This document shows positions 30,580 through 40,799 of a stretch of 64,000 nucleotides of DNA, one piece after another. The position numbers and the translations under genes were made by a program. Source of the DNA: an uncultured cyanobacterium (lineage in GTDB: Bacteria; Cyanobacteriota; Cyanobacteriia; Cyanobacteriales; CAWUOF01); the NCBI GenBank assembly GCA_963744145.1, contig CAVUSO010000001.1, positions 5,216,001-5,280,000 on the forward strand, in the 5' to 3' direction. The notes under the pieces are model-generated. The model was not told the DNA's origin and ran no database searches. It saw only the letters and a program-made list of their open reading frames with translations. Each line of letters begins with the position of its first letter. The first letter of the stretch is position 1.

Positions 30580-32091
30580 ATGGCGCTATTACCAGAAGAA
30601 CTGCCCAAATGGTATACGGTTGAAGAAGAAAAAGACAGAGGTTGGACGCCAAAAACTGAGGATATTATTGAAGGTACAGGTGATCCAGTTACGATCAATG
30701 CTTGGGATACTAAAGGAAGCTATTGCCCTAAAAATGCTGATGCTTACACAATACGTTTGGACAAACTGCAAATTATTAGTCCGATTCAGGTTGGTGGGGG
30801 TAGTTTTCCAGAAGGAGGTATTTTACCCGCCCAAATTGGCGGAGTTCCCTGCATTCCCGGTTCTAGCATTAGGGGAGCATTACTAAGCTGGATTCAGGTA
30901 AAATGGGCTGAGTTAGACAGTGAGGAACAAGTTTTTTGGCAAAGTTTGCTAGCTAGCGATCGCACTCATTGGCTACCCCGCAAAATTCGCTTTGAAACCA
31001 TTTTACTAAAAAACCTCAAACCTTATCCATTACACGCTCAACAAAATTGGCAGTTGTTTGACCAAAAAAGTAATAAATTAGGCATTCAATGGCAAGTATC
31101 ACCTAAACCTCCGAGTCCGAATTACGATAAATTTTGCTTGCAAGTTTTACTGAAAAATGTTTGTAACAACGAACAAAAAACTTGGCTGGAAAAACGCCTA
31201 CAAGAAATGCTGCAATGCCAAGGAATTGGACGTGGGAAAGCATCTGGATTTGGTCGATTAGCGCCCAAAATTCCATCAGGAACTTGGGAAATTCAACTCA
31301 CTGGAATGAAACCTTGCATTCAAAGTCACAATCCAGGTAGAAAGCAAACCGGACAATATCGCTGGACTCCCCAAGTATTGCGTGCTAATTTACGAGGTTA
31401 TTTTACTAGATTAGCGTTGTCTTTGTTCTCGCATCAAACTGCGTTGGAACTGACTAATAAAATATTTGGAGGCTTGGGTTGTCCAGCTAGATTAATTTTA
31501 ACTAGCTACTTGCAATCGATTCCCAGAATGATCAGCAAAAGTTCCAAGGATTATACCAATATTCCGGCTAGTCAAGCCGAATCAACTTGGGTAATTAGCG
31601 TTGATTGCAATAAAGAATTTAAGCCCTTAATTGGTGGATTGCTTGTTTTAGCCAGTCGTTTAGGTGGACTCGGCCCAGGTTGGCGTAGACCTCCTCATAC
31701 TTTACAACGTTTTCATGGTTTTCGGGGCAGTGAATTTACTGTTACACCAGGTAATTTGGAAGAACCTTTAGATGAGTTAATTAATTGTTTGCGAAGATTG
31801 ATTACCCAATTAGGTGAAAATTATAATTGGGATGCGATGTCACCTCCGACAGTCGTTCCTGGTTGTCTGATTAGTATTTGGAAGGGACAAGTAAATCAAT
31901 GGCATAATATCGTGCATAAGGTTTGCAGTACAACAGCACAAAATCGTCCCCAATGGTGTGGAAGTTCTGAGAATCGACCATCAGGTTATGCAGTGCGACA
32001 ATATCAGGATTATTGTTTGATTACTGTATTTGATCAAGCTGTAGAAACGACTCTGACAAGTCAAGGTTTTAAGAGTGTATGGCCATGTTGA
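30580..32091 (+). CDS. cmr6: Type III-B RAMP protein, Cmr6-Cmr1 fusion
   Basis: RAMP 1: PIQVGGG, IPGSSIRGAL, GIGRGKASGFG. RAMP 2: LRANLRGYF, IFGGLG, LGGLGPGWRR. Confidence 0.75.
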   Translation: MALLPEELPKWYTVEEEKDRGWTPKTEDIIEGTGDPVTINAWDTKGSYCPKNADAYTIRLDKLQIISPIQVGGGSFPEGGILPAQIGGVPCIPGSSIRGALLSWIQVKWAELDSEEQVFWQSLLASDRTHWLPRKIRFETILLKNLKPYPLHAQQNWQLFDQKSNKLGIQWQVSPKPPSPNYDKFCLQVLLKNVCNNEQKTWLEKRLQEMLQCQGIGRGKASGFGRLAPKIPSGTWEIQLTGMKPCIQSHNPGRKQTGQYRWTPQVLRANLRGYFTRLALSLFSHQTALELTNKIFGGLGCPARLILTSYLQSIPRMISKSSKDYTNIPASQAESTWVISVDCNKEFKPLIGGLLVLASRLGGLGPGWRRPPHTLQRFHGFRGSEFTVTPGNLEEPLDELINCLRRLITQLGENYNWDAMSPPTVVPGCLISIWKGQVNQWHNIVHKVCSTTAQNRPQWCGSSENRPSGYAVRQYQDYCLITVFDQAVETTLTSQGFKSVWPC

Positions 32092-32094
32092 AAA

Positions 32095-32338
32095 ATCAGG
32101 CGATCGATCTTTATAGTGTACTAAAGTGCGCTTCCACCTATCCTCAATTTCCCCAAATTGCGAGGCTGACGAAAAATGGCTGAAACAACGCAAATTGGTT
32201 CTAAGCTTCGCTACCTTACGGAGCATGGGTTTCAGGCGTTTAGACAGGTGCAAGTAAGGAGGTTTGTATTAACAAAATCGGTCAGCCTCGCAAACTGCCT
32301 CTGGACATCAGGCAGGATAAGAGGTTGAATAGGGGTAG
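32095..32338 (+). promoter_or_regulatory. CRISPR leader
   Basis: Non-coding stretch abutting the undegenerated first repeat; 13-bp inverted repeat ttgcgaggctgac (32158-32170) / gtcagcctcgcaa (32281-32293). Confidence 0.7.
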
Positions 32339-33749
32339 GTAGCGACCTTCATTAGAAGGTAAAGGTGTTGAAACTGCCACCAAAATTGGTATTAGCTGAA
32401 TCAGACGGATTAGGTAGCGACCTTCATTAGAAGGTAAAGGTGTTGAAACCCAAGACTGCTTTATGGTGGATAAAAGCATCAGAAATATGTAGCGACCTTC
32501 ATTAGAAGGTAAAGGTGTTGAAACTGCCAGCATTATTAAAAACAACAATATATAACTCAGGTAGCGACCTTCATTAGAAGGTAAAGGTGTTGAAACGCAT
32601 CTGCCGGAGTTTAGAAAATGGTTGAGATTAACATAGTAGCGACCTTCATTAGAAGGTAAAGGTGTTGAAACGCATCAGACCACACTACATCAGCAGGATT
32701 AGTAACCGTAGCGACCTTCATTAGAAGGTAAAGGTGTTGAAACAATTCCTCCATAATTGAATATTCTTGGAAATCCTCGTAGCGACCTTCATTAGAAGGT
32801 AAAGGTGTTGAAACTGTCACGAGACTGGTACTTACCATAAACGTTGTCATGTAGCGACCTTCATTAGAAGGTAAAGGTGTTGAAACCTTATCGAAGTCGT
32901 CAGGTAGGATTGAAGTCTCAAAAACGTAGCGACCTTCATTAGAAGGTAAAGGTGTTGAAACCATCCTTTTTAATTCCTTGTTTGTTTAATTCGGTGTATA
33001 GTAGCGACCTTCATTAGAAGGTAAAGGTGTTGAAACAATTTAACAAAATTTTCTTTGTGTTCATCGGTTAGGTAGCGACCTTCATTAGAAGGTAAAGGTG
33101 TTGAAACTAAACAAAAATGTCCAATAAATATAAATTTTAACGTCACTTGTAGCGACCTTCATTAGAAGGTAAAGGTGTTGAAACCTATGGGTAAAGGAAA
33201 ATCGACCCCATTATGGAACTGGTAGCGACCTTCATTAGAAGGTAAAGGTGTTGAAACATAAAATGTAATTGCGTTTTTGGTTTCTTTTTAGGCTTAGTAG
33301 CGACCTTCATTAGAAGGTAAAGGTGTTGAAACCGTAAATTAGGATTTACATGGATTTCTCCTTGATGTGTAGCGACCTTCATTAGAAGGTAAAGGTGTTG
33401 AAACTATATAGCTATATATGTCTTTCCCCCTCCAGTAAAGTAGCGACCTTCATTAGAAGGTAAAGGTGTTGAAACAAGATTTCCTTGGAATGTTTATACT
33501 GCTCATAAGTAGTAGCGACCTTCATTAGAAGGTAAAGGTGTTGAACCCGTTAAAATGCCCTATACACCTATAGAATTACCAGGTAGCGACCTTCATTAGA
33601 AGGTAAAGGTGTTGAAACAAGAACAAGGTTTAAGAAAGAATTTATATCTAGAAGGTAGCGACCTTCATTAGAAGGTAAAGGTGTTGAAACTCTTTCTGTA
33701 CTACATCAAATACAAGAATCTCTTTACTGTAGCGACCTTCATTAGAAGG

Positions 33750-35206
33750 CAGGGTAAGAGCATCTCAATTAGGCTTGACACAAGGATTAAGAAGGATCTA
33801 ATGTAGACTCAGAGAAACAAGAAAGGAGGATTTGGAGCATATAATTATTATCCATAGCAGCGCGTTTACTTTTCTGGCGTAAACTGCGTTTGTAAGTTGA
33901 CTCGCGATTAAGAGCGTTGAGAGCTAATCGTCTGAGCAGAGAAAAGTTACGAGGACTGTGAAAAGAACGAATGCGACAGCTATCTTCAAAAAAAGTACAA
34001 TCTAAAGTCCAGTGTGCAGAATTTTCGATTTCCCAATGTTGACGAATAGCTCGACCTATGAATTCAGCATTGTTGTCTAAAGAAGTAAGATAGTATTGAG
34101 TCTCGCAAGTAGTTTTGTTCCAAAGATGACGGATACGATGAATGATGACAATACTTTTTAAACCTGCCCATAATTTGGGTTGGTAAAGGTCAGGAATGGC
34201 CGTAATAGGGAGCACCCAAACTTCACGAATTTCCACCCGATGATGCCCTTTCTCAATCCGTTTGTCATGAGTGAAATCAATTCCTGAAAAATTATTTTTC
34301 TGTGCAGTTTGGAAGAATTGTTGTACCTGATTATGTAAAGTTGGATGATTGGCTTTAAGTGTCAGAATATAATCAGCTTTTTTATCAATAATCTTTTGAG
34401 CAATTTCGGTTTGGGTCCCCATCGCATCAATAGTAATAATTGAGCCAGCGATATCAAGTAACTCTAGTAATGCTGGAATAGCTGTAATTTCATTGGATTT
34501 ATCTTGGACTTTCATTTGTGCTAAAACTAATCGTTGTTCACTAGCCCACGCACTAATCAAATGTAATGCTGATTGTCCTTGATTTCGGTCATAGGAACCT
34601 CTGACAGTCTTCCCATCTATGGCAATTACTTCTCCTCCCATTTGAGTAACTAAGGTGTTTACCCAAGCTTGAAAACATTGCTCCAATTGGTTGGGGTTAA
34701 TACTTTCAAATACTCGACGAAAGGTATCATCTGAGGGAATACCATTGGGTAATTCTAAAAACTCTTCTAGCCAAATTTGTTTACTAATCCCATAATTCTC
34801 AATGTCTTCCCAGCCTTGTGCTCCAGCTATTATGACCAGAATTGCCATCACTAAAATGTCTATCAATAAGTGTTTTTTTGTTCGGTTTACTCTCGGGTCT
34901 TCAACATCTTCAAAATGCTTGACTAAACTCTGTTGTATTTCCATCAAGTCAGCTACTACTTGGTTTTTCCTAGCAGAATGGGAGTTTTGTTTAGCATTAG
35001 CTATATTGATATCGAACCCTTGAGACATTTGAATATTCCTGGAGATTATGAGTTGGACGGTATAGTTTTTCACCTACCACTCTCTATGCTCTTTTGTCAA
35101 CTATTTTCTCTACCAGATTTGTGATGTTCTGATCTCGATGGCTATATTTCATATTTGATGAAAATATTCTGTATCCTCGGTGACAAAATTAGATGCGCTA
35201 ACCCTG
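33750..35206 (-). mobile_element. ISAs1-family insertion sequence
   Basis: TIRs CAGGGTAAGAGCATCT / AGATGCGCTAACCCTG (14/16); 10-bp target duplication CATTAGAAGG (33740-33749, 35207-35216). Confidence 0.95.
33787..35028 (-). CDS. ISAs1 family transposase
   Basis: DPR, GIPSDDTFRRVF, IAIDGKT, KSNEITAIP, ITIDAMG, RQHWEIEN..HWTLD. Confidence 0.95.
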   Translation of the reverse strand: MSQGFDINIANAKQNSHSARKNQVVADLMEIQQSLVKHFEDVEDPRVNRTKKHLLIDILVMAILVIIAGAQGWEDIENYGISKQIWLEEFLELPNGIPSDDTFRRVFESINPNQLEQCFQAWVNTLVTQMGGEVIAIDGKTVRGSYDRNQGQSALHLISAWASEQRLVLAQMKVQDKSNEITAIPALLELLDIAGSIITIDAMGTQTEIAQKIIDKKADYILTLKANHPTLHNQVQQFFQTAQKNNFSGIDFTHDKRIEKGHHRVEIREVWVLPITAIPDLYQPKLWAGLKSIVIIHRIRHLWNKTTCETQYYLTSLDNNAEFIGRAIRQHWEIENSAHWTLDCTFFEDSCRIRSFHSPRNFSLLRRLALNALNRESTYKRSLRQKSKRAAMDNNYMLQILLSCFSESTLDPS

Positions 35207-36054
35207 CATTAGAAGGTAAAGGTGTTGAAACATCATTAATTTAATGACCGCTTCTGGAGTTGGGTAATAGTAGCGACCTTCATTAGAAGGTAAAGGTGTT
35301 GAAACAATGTTTTATTGCTATTGTTTTGTTCGGAAGTTCAATGTAGCGACCTTCATTAGAAGGTAAAGGTGTTGAAACTACAGATATCTATATCTAGATA
35401 CTATGGTAGATACCTGTAGCGACCTTCATTAGAAGGTAAAGGTGTTGAAACTTACGGAAATAGGGTTCCGATTGTTCCCCGTATTGAGTAGCGACCTTCA
35501 TTAGAAGGTAAAGGTGTTGAAACTTCATATCCTCTTTAGGAGGTTGAATTGACCAAGGCAGTAGCGACCTTCATTAGAAGGTAAAGGTGTTGAAACTGCG
35601 CGAAATTAACCGCGATTTTTTGAGCAGTTTCTTGTAGCGACCTTCATTAGAAGTAAAGGTGTTGAAACTAGTAGTAGGGTTTTCCCGTCAAAAGATTTTC
35701 TGAAGTAGCGACCTGTAGCGACCTTCATTAGAAGGTAAAGGTGTTGAAACCCTTCATTACTACGCTTCAGAAGTGCAGTAGTATCTAGTAGCGACCTTCA
35801 TTAGAAGGTAAAGGTGTTGAAACACTATTGGCTAAATCTTTGGTTAAGCAATGGAGCATGGTAGCGACCTTCATTAGAAGGTAAAGGTGTTGAAACCAGC
35901 CAATCATCGGATTGCAAGTCTTACCAGTCCATAAAATGTAAAAATGTTGAACCTTTCTAAAGAAAAGCTATATCAATTAGCTATTTGTTGATCGCCACTA
36001 TCAAACTCGTGGCATCGGCACAATCTTAATAAATTAGGCAAAATTGTTATATAT

Positions 36055-36232
36055 CAATACAGTTCAGTTAAGGATGTTTTGGGATATCCCGGCGCAGAAA
36101 AATGGTGAAGTATTCCGATATAATATTAATCATTTTGAATCAATAATTACCGCCCGATGCTGCCTACAGCACGCTAAACGTTCGCGCAGCGTGCCGTAGG
36201 CGATCGCCCCTACAGTTAACTGAACCGTATTG
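36055..36232. mobile_element. MITE (same TIR family as 29938-30522)
   Basis: TIRs CAATACAGTTCAGTTAA / TTAACTGAACCGTATTG; 10-bp target duplication TGTTATATAT (36045-36054, 36233-36242). Confidence 0.88.
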
Positions 36233-36363
36233 TGTTATATATCTAGAGGGATTAAATCTCTATACACTTAGAAACAATACAAGGGTAAGAGCCTTTTACG
36301 AACGTAATTTCTGATGCTGCCTTCTCCAGCCTATTAACTAACAAATTTACCGAACCCACTTAC

Positions 36364-36798
36364 TCAAACCTGAGTATTACACTTATGAGCATCTTTCAAC
36401 CGCATTGTCCAAAACTGAATCGTATCGGAAATTTCCATCAACAAATCAGTTAACACAACTTGCTGATTAAAAGTCAAATCTCGAAAGCGATTCTGAAACT
36501 GTTCTGTCGTCATCCTTTCGTTAATTTGCAAATCATTACCGACAATTCTACACAAAACTACCCGCGCTACACCCCAAGCAAAATAACGCTTTTCGTCATC
36601 AGAACCCGTTGCAGCATCGGGCATTCTACCGCCTAATAATGCCTGCGATCGCGACATCGCCCAAAAACGTTCTACACCCCAACTAGCAACATAATCCGCA
36701 ATTCCACTTGCCGCTCCTTGCCAATCCTCTAATTGATTTTCGCCAGGTTTGAGCAATTGAAAAACTTCTCTATCCAATTCATAAGAACTCACTGGCAT
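36364..36798 (-). CDS. cmr5: Probable Cmr5/Cas11 small subunit
   Basis: 144-aa helical protein directly after cmr4; ASGIADYVASWG and C-terminal FW. Confidence 0.65.
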   Translation of the reverse strand: MPVSSYELDREVFQLLKPGENQLEDWQGAASGIADYVASWGVERFWAMSRSQALLGGRMPDAATGSDDEKRYFAWGVARVVLCRIVGNDLQINERMTTEQFQNRFRDLTFNQQVVLTDLLMEISDTIQFWTMRLKDAHKCNTQV

Positions 36799-36801
36799 AA
36801 A

Positions 36802-37596
36802 TCACTCCTTACTATCAACCAACGCATCAGAAATAATCACCCGTCCATAACCTACACTCCACAATCCTCCAAGATAATGTTCTTGAATTAAAAAATTGTT
36901 CCATTTCTCTAACCCTTCCACGTTTCCCCGTGTAGTCCAAGTAATCATAAACACTGACCCTGGGGGAAAACCTTCAACTGCAAATAAATGGTTGACTAAA
37001 TTTCCTTCTTCATCAGCTTCATCTTTGAGGCTAACTCGCGGTTGTCGTACTAAGCCCATATCGACTATTAAATTAATGCTAGTATCTGGTACAATAATTC
37101 GTCTGTCTTTTGGTATTTCTACTGGCGCTGGCAAATCACCTTTATAATGGCTCACCTGGGTTAACTTTAACCAACGGAGATAAACAGTTTTATTATTAAG
37201 TTGCGAGTCCGTAATGTAAACCTGACTACGCTCATTAACAATATTTAGAAGTGGTTGTTGGGATAATTGGCGAAAGCGATTTAACCAACTCGGACAACTC
37301 ACCCACCAATTACCATATCCCAATACATGAACTGGCCACCACACAGGCCACCCCCAACCCAAAGAAATATAGCCTGGAGAAATATCATTATTCTCACCGC
37401 CAAACCAATTTTTTACGAGTGCTTGATAGTCAGGTTCACTTTTAGCGTGTTCTCGCAACGCCCCCCGCAAAGAACTGCCGGGAATCGCCGGACTGCGATC
37501 GGGTAATCGAAATATAGGATTATTATTACCGCGACTGCTACTATCCGCACCCCCAATATGTACAGGTTCTCGACAAATTAACCATGCAATAGCCAT
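36802..37596 (-). CDS. cmr4: Cmr4 (Cas7-group RAMP)
   Basis: EPVHIGG, IPGSSLRGALR, RVSL, LFAVEGFPPGS, LGGLWSVGYG. Confidence 0.85.
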   Translation of the reverse strand: MAIAWLICREPVHIGGADSSSRGNNNPIFRLPDRSPAIPGSSLRGALREHAKSEPDYQALVKNWFGGENNDISPGYISLGWGWPVWWPVHVLGYGNWWVSCPSWLNRFRQLSQQPLLNIVNERSQVYITDSQLNNKTVYLRWLKLTQVSHYKGDLPAPVEIPKDRRIIVPDTSINLIVDMGLVRQPRVSLKDEADEEGNLVNHLFAVEGFPPGSVFMITWTTRGNVEGLEKWNNFLIQEHYLGGLWSVGYGRVIISDALVDSKE

Positions 37597-37602
37597 TTAA
37601 AC

Positions 37603-38595
37603 TCACTCCTGAAATAACCACAAATGTCCGTAACCCAAAACGTGGCGGTTGTAGGAATCCCGCACAGGTTCGGATTTCAACAAAGGTACAGTTCCTTCCC
37701 ATAGATACACCGCACCTGCGGGAGTCATCCATTCTCCGGGAGTTAATACCGATACCCGCTTTTCTGGATCGTGACGATCTCTAACTCGTTTCCAAGATTG
37801 CCAGGGAACCCCAGTATCAGCAGCATAAGCTTTGATTGGGAATGGTGGGACGGGACAGGATACTTGGCGATCGCAATGTGTGGCTGATGACATATCGTTC
37901 CGTTGCCACAACGCCCCAGTTAATAAGACTGCACCAGTGGATTTTGTACAATCTACTGTTAACCAATTATCCTTTACTTCTTTTACAGGTGCGATCGCGA
38001 CTGGTGTACCTCCTGCGCCCAAAAAACCCCAGTCAGGTAAAGTGCAATCTCCTATCACCTTCACCAAAATCGACCACCGAGGCAACATTAAAGTGGTCAT
38101 TTCTGCAAAAAAGCCCCCCTCATCTTTAACTTGAAAATCTTCGCGGCTATTGTGACTTAAAGTAAGTGTTTCCCAAGGGAACTTTTTCAGAAGGGGATTT
38201 TTGAACTTTCCTGCCTGCCAAAATACCTTTAAAATATAACCACTAATTAAATATTTGCCACCGATGATTTCAATTGGTTGTGTTTGATGTTCCGATCGCA
38301 CCTGCCATTGTTGATCTCGCCATTGTAATCGAAAAATTTCTTGGGGTAGTTCTTCTGTTTTAGATTCCAACCGATAAACAGGCAAAGGCAATGTAACGTA
38401 AATATCGGTTTCTCCAGCATACCACCAAAATGGCCCCCAAATTTGGCAATTCGATGGTAAATTCAAACAAGCTGCCAGGTGATGACCGTTCGGTGGCCAA
38501 CGACAGCCTACCTGTCCGCTATTTTGTCCTACCGGAGTGAGATTTCCGATCGCTACCGTCCCTGCTGGCGTAATAGAATACCATCCACTCATCAT
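37603..38595 (-). CDS. cmr3: Cmr3 (Cas5-group RAMP)
   Basis: WPP, IWGPFW, EGGFF, LGAGG, PAGAVYL, C-terminal LGYG; ATGA overlap with the cas10 stop. Confidence 0.8.
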   Translation of the reverse strand: MMSGWYSITPAGTVAIGNLTPVGQNSGQVGCRWPPNGHHLAACLNLPSNCQIWGPFWWYAGETDIYVTLPLPVYRLESKTEELPQEIFRLQWRDQQWQVRSEHQTQPIEIIGGKYLISGYILKVFWQAGKFKNPLLKKFPWETLTLSHNSREDFQVKDEGGFFAEMTTLMLPRWSILVKVIGDCTLPDWGFLGAGGTPVAIAPVKEVKDNWLTVDCTKSTGAVLLTGALWQRNDMSSATHCDRQVSCPVPPFPIKAYAADTGVPWQSWKRVRDRHDPEKRVSVLTPGEWMTPAGAVYLWEGTVPLLKSEPVRDSYNRHVLGYGHLWLFQE

Positions 38596-40799
38596 TGTCT
38601 CCCTGTTATCAATTCCACCCACTTCTGACGCTGTTGCGCTTGTCTTGCCAAAAAAGCTTTCAGACTAATCCAATTAATCCACCACTGCCAATCTTTGATT
38701 TCAGGCTCAAATTCCGATTTTGCTACATCCAGAACTTGTTGCCAAGTCAGAGAAATTCCAACACTAGCCCACAGAGTTTCAATCAAATCTCTTACTGTCA
38801 AAATAGAAAGCTCTTGCAATCGACTGCTTTCCAAATAAGAAAGTAGTTTTTCCCAGCGATTTAGTTCAGTTTTTTGAGTATTAATTGGTTCCACAGGCAT
38901 CAACAAATTCCATAATGGCCAAGGACAAACCCAATCTAAAGATTGTCCGCTATTAAACAAAACTTTCACACAAACTCGATTTCGCCCTTTATTTTTAGCT
39001 TCCTTATATGCTTGATTCAATCCTCGATGCCACAAAGATTGAGGAATTCTCCGTTGGGCAATTACTAATCCCAAACTGAAATTCATCTTCTTTCCAGGTA
39101 TCGGGTAAATTTGGGAATTGTACTGCACCCAACCATCTACAGGCGGATCTAAAGGTTGTGTTAGGGTTGAAATTTCTCCTGTCCAAAGCGAATGCAAATC
39201 ACTGGTAAGGGAAATGGTTTCAGTTAAGGGTCCTAATAACAGAAAATCATCGCCTCCAGCAAAAATAACTTTACCATGATGAAGTTCTTCTGTTAAAGGA
39301 TAAAGCAATTGATTCCACAATCCAAATAATACCGACAGGTCAAGGATATGGGGTAATTCCATCTGTCTACATTGAGCGGTCGCGATCGCTGGATTAATCG
39401 CTAAATTATGTTGTTTGATCATTTCCGAATTAGGATGCCATCGCGACCAAAGTAATTTTAATGTTTCATATTGTTCTCCCGATAACCACTTGCCCATATT
39501 ATCCCCATCACCACGCCATCCCACAGTCCATTCAATGGTACTTTCCCAACCTTGTCCTACATTGTTTTCCCAATCCTCAATCATTATTTCATCTTCAATA
39601 TTCCGCTGTTCTAAAACTCGCGGATGAGCAAAAGAAGGAGATTGTTTATCTACTTTTGGCATTCCCCAAATATAAATTGGTTTCTTGTTAAGATAATATT
39701 CATGCCAAACTTCAATTTCTTGATTCCATGTATATGCTTCGATAGAAGTTGTCACCCATGCTGCTGCTACTGCTGTTCGATCTGGAAAGCGACCCCAAGG
39801 ACATTCGGGAGGATTATAACCCCACAAACGTTTTAAAGTTTGGTTGATAACTTCTGGAACAGAAGCCAAACGTTTCACTAATTCGATGCTATTAAGACGA
39901 TCTGTAGTGGAAAACAATCCTTGGAATCTACTCCTTTGAGTTGCCCTTTCCCACCAATTATTGATCTGGTCGTCAGGTAATCCCCAAGTTCCACCTTGAT
40001 AAAACAAACGTAAACCGGGATGCCAGATTGACAAACAACCATCGCTCGGACTGGTCCGACCGCCCCACCAAGTACCCGACCATTCTCGACCGATTTTGCG
40101 CGACTCAATTCGCTGATGTAACCTATCAATATCTTCACTGACAGTTGCAATATTAAGAGCAGTTTCTTCAGCGTAAACCGACCAGAGATATTGATTGTCG
40201 GAATGAATAACGCGCCATCCTTGACCACCTAGCAAGTGGGGGTCTTCATCGATTGCAGTATCTTCTAAAGCTTTCAAAAAGCGTCTCCACTCGTTTTTAA
40301 TAACGGCTTCTCTTTCAGCTAACCAATAATCATTATTAGGGTATAATGCGGTAATTACATTAGGTAATTCTGCCTGCCAAAATCTCTCTGAAACTGCATT
40401 ATTTCCGTTTAACCAATTGACTAATTCTGAATTTTGGTGTAAAGGTAGTAAAACTTTACCACCTGCTTCTTCCCAGCGATAAATTAGAACTGCTGAAAGA
40501 TAGTGACATAACCAGGAAGCTACCGCCCAATCTCTCAATCTTTGTCCACCACCTAAAAAGGTTTGTACCGGACCGAATGTTAGTACCGCTACTCGATTTA
40601 AGTTGTCAAAATCGGTTTCAGCAATTTGGTTACAAGCTTCCTGAGATGCCCCACCACCCCACCAAAATTGACTTTGTATATGTTCAGAATCTTGCCATTC
40701 ACCGCTAACTGGATGACAAGACAAGTTAGGGCTTACATCGGGTAAGGGTTGCTGGGGATAAATTTGCTGTTGTTTGGATAACCAGGCTCTTATATTCAT
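38592..40799 (-). CDS. cas10: Cas10/Cmr2 without HD domain, intact cyclase palm
   Basis: GPVQTFL...RDWAVASW, GDGDNMGKW, IFAGGDDFL; short N-terminus with no HD nuclease motif. Confidence 0.92.
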   Translation of the reverse strand: MNIRAWLSKQQQIYPQQPLPDVSPNLSCHPVSGEWQDSEHIQSQFWWGGGASQEACNQIAETDFDNLNRVAVLTFGPVQTFLGGGQRLRDWAVASWLCHYLSAVLIYRWEEAGGKVLLPLHQNSELVNWLNGNNAVSERFWQAELPNVITALYPNNDYWLAEREAVIKNEWRRFLKALEDTAIDEDPHLLGGQGWRVIHSDNQYLWSVYAEETALNIATVSEDIDRLHQRIESRKIGREWSGTWWGGRTSPSDGCLSIWHPGLRLFYQGGTWGLPDDQINNWWERATQRSRFQGLFSTTDRLNSIELVKRLASVPEVINQTLKRLWGYNPPECPWGRFPDRTAVAAAWVTTSIEAYTWNQEIEVWHEYYLNKKPIYIWGMPKVDKQSPSFAHPRVLEQRNIEDEIMIEDWENNVGQGWESTIEWTVGWRGDGDNMGKWLSGEQYETLKLLWSRWHPNSEMIKQHNLAINPAIATAQCRQMELPHILDLSVLFGLWNQLLYPLTEELHHGKVIFAGGDDFLLLGPLTETISLTSDLHSLWTGEISTLTQPLDPPVDGWVQYNSQIYPIPGKKMNFSLGLVIAQRRIPQSLWHRGLNQAYKEAKNKGRNRVCVKVLFNSGQSLDWVCPWPLWNLLMPVEPINTQKTELNRWEKLLSYLESSRLQELSILTVRDLIETLWASVGISLTWQQVLDVAKSEFEPEIKDWQWWINWISLKAFLARQAQQRQKWVELITGRQ

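Larger units (their letters stand above)
32339..35896 (+). CRISPR. CRISPR array, 29 repeats / 28 spacers, interrupted by ISAs1 in repeat 20
   Basis: 36-nt repeat GTAGCGACCTTCATTAGAAGGTAAAGGTGTTGAAAC with ACCTTC-ATTA-GAAGGT stem and GAAAC 3' end; spacers about 35-41 nt; possible degenerate terminal repeat at 35918-35953. Confidence 0.98.

Noticed and set aside
32282..33382. Minus-strand ORFs with VSTPLPSNEGRY / FQHLYLLMKVAT repeats
   Set aside because: Translations of the CRISPR repeat
35751..35759. Spacer starting CCTTCATTA, identical to part of the repeat
   Set aside because: Only 9 nt; chance cannot be excluded
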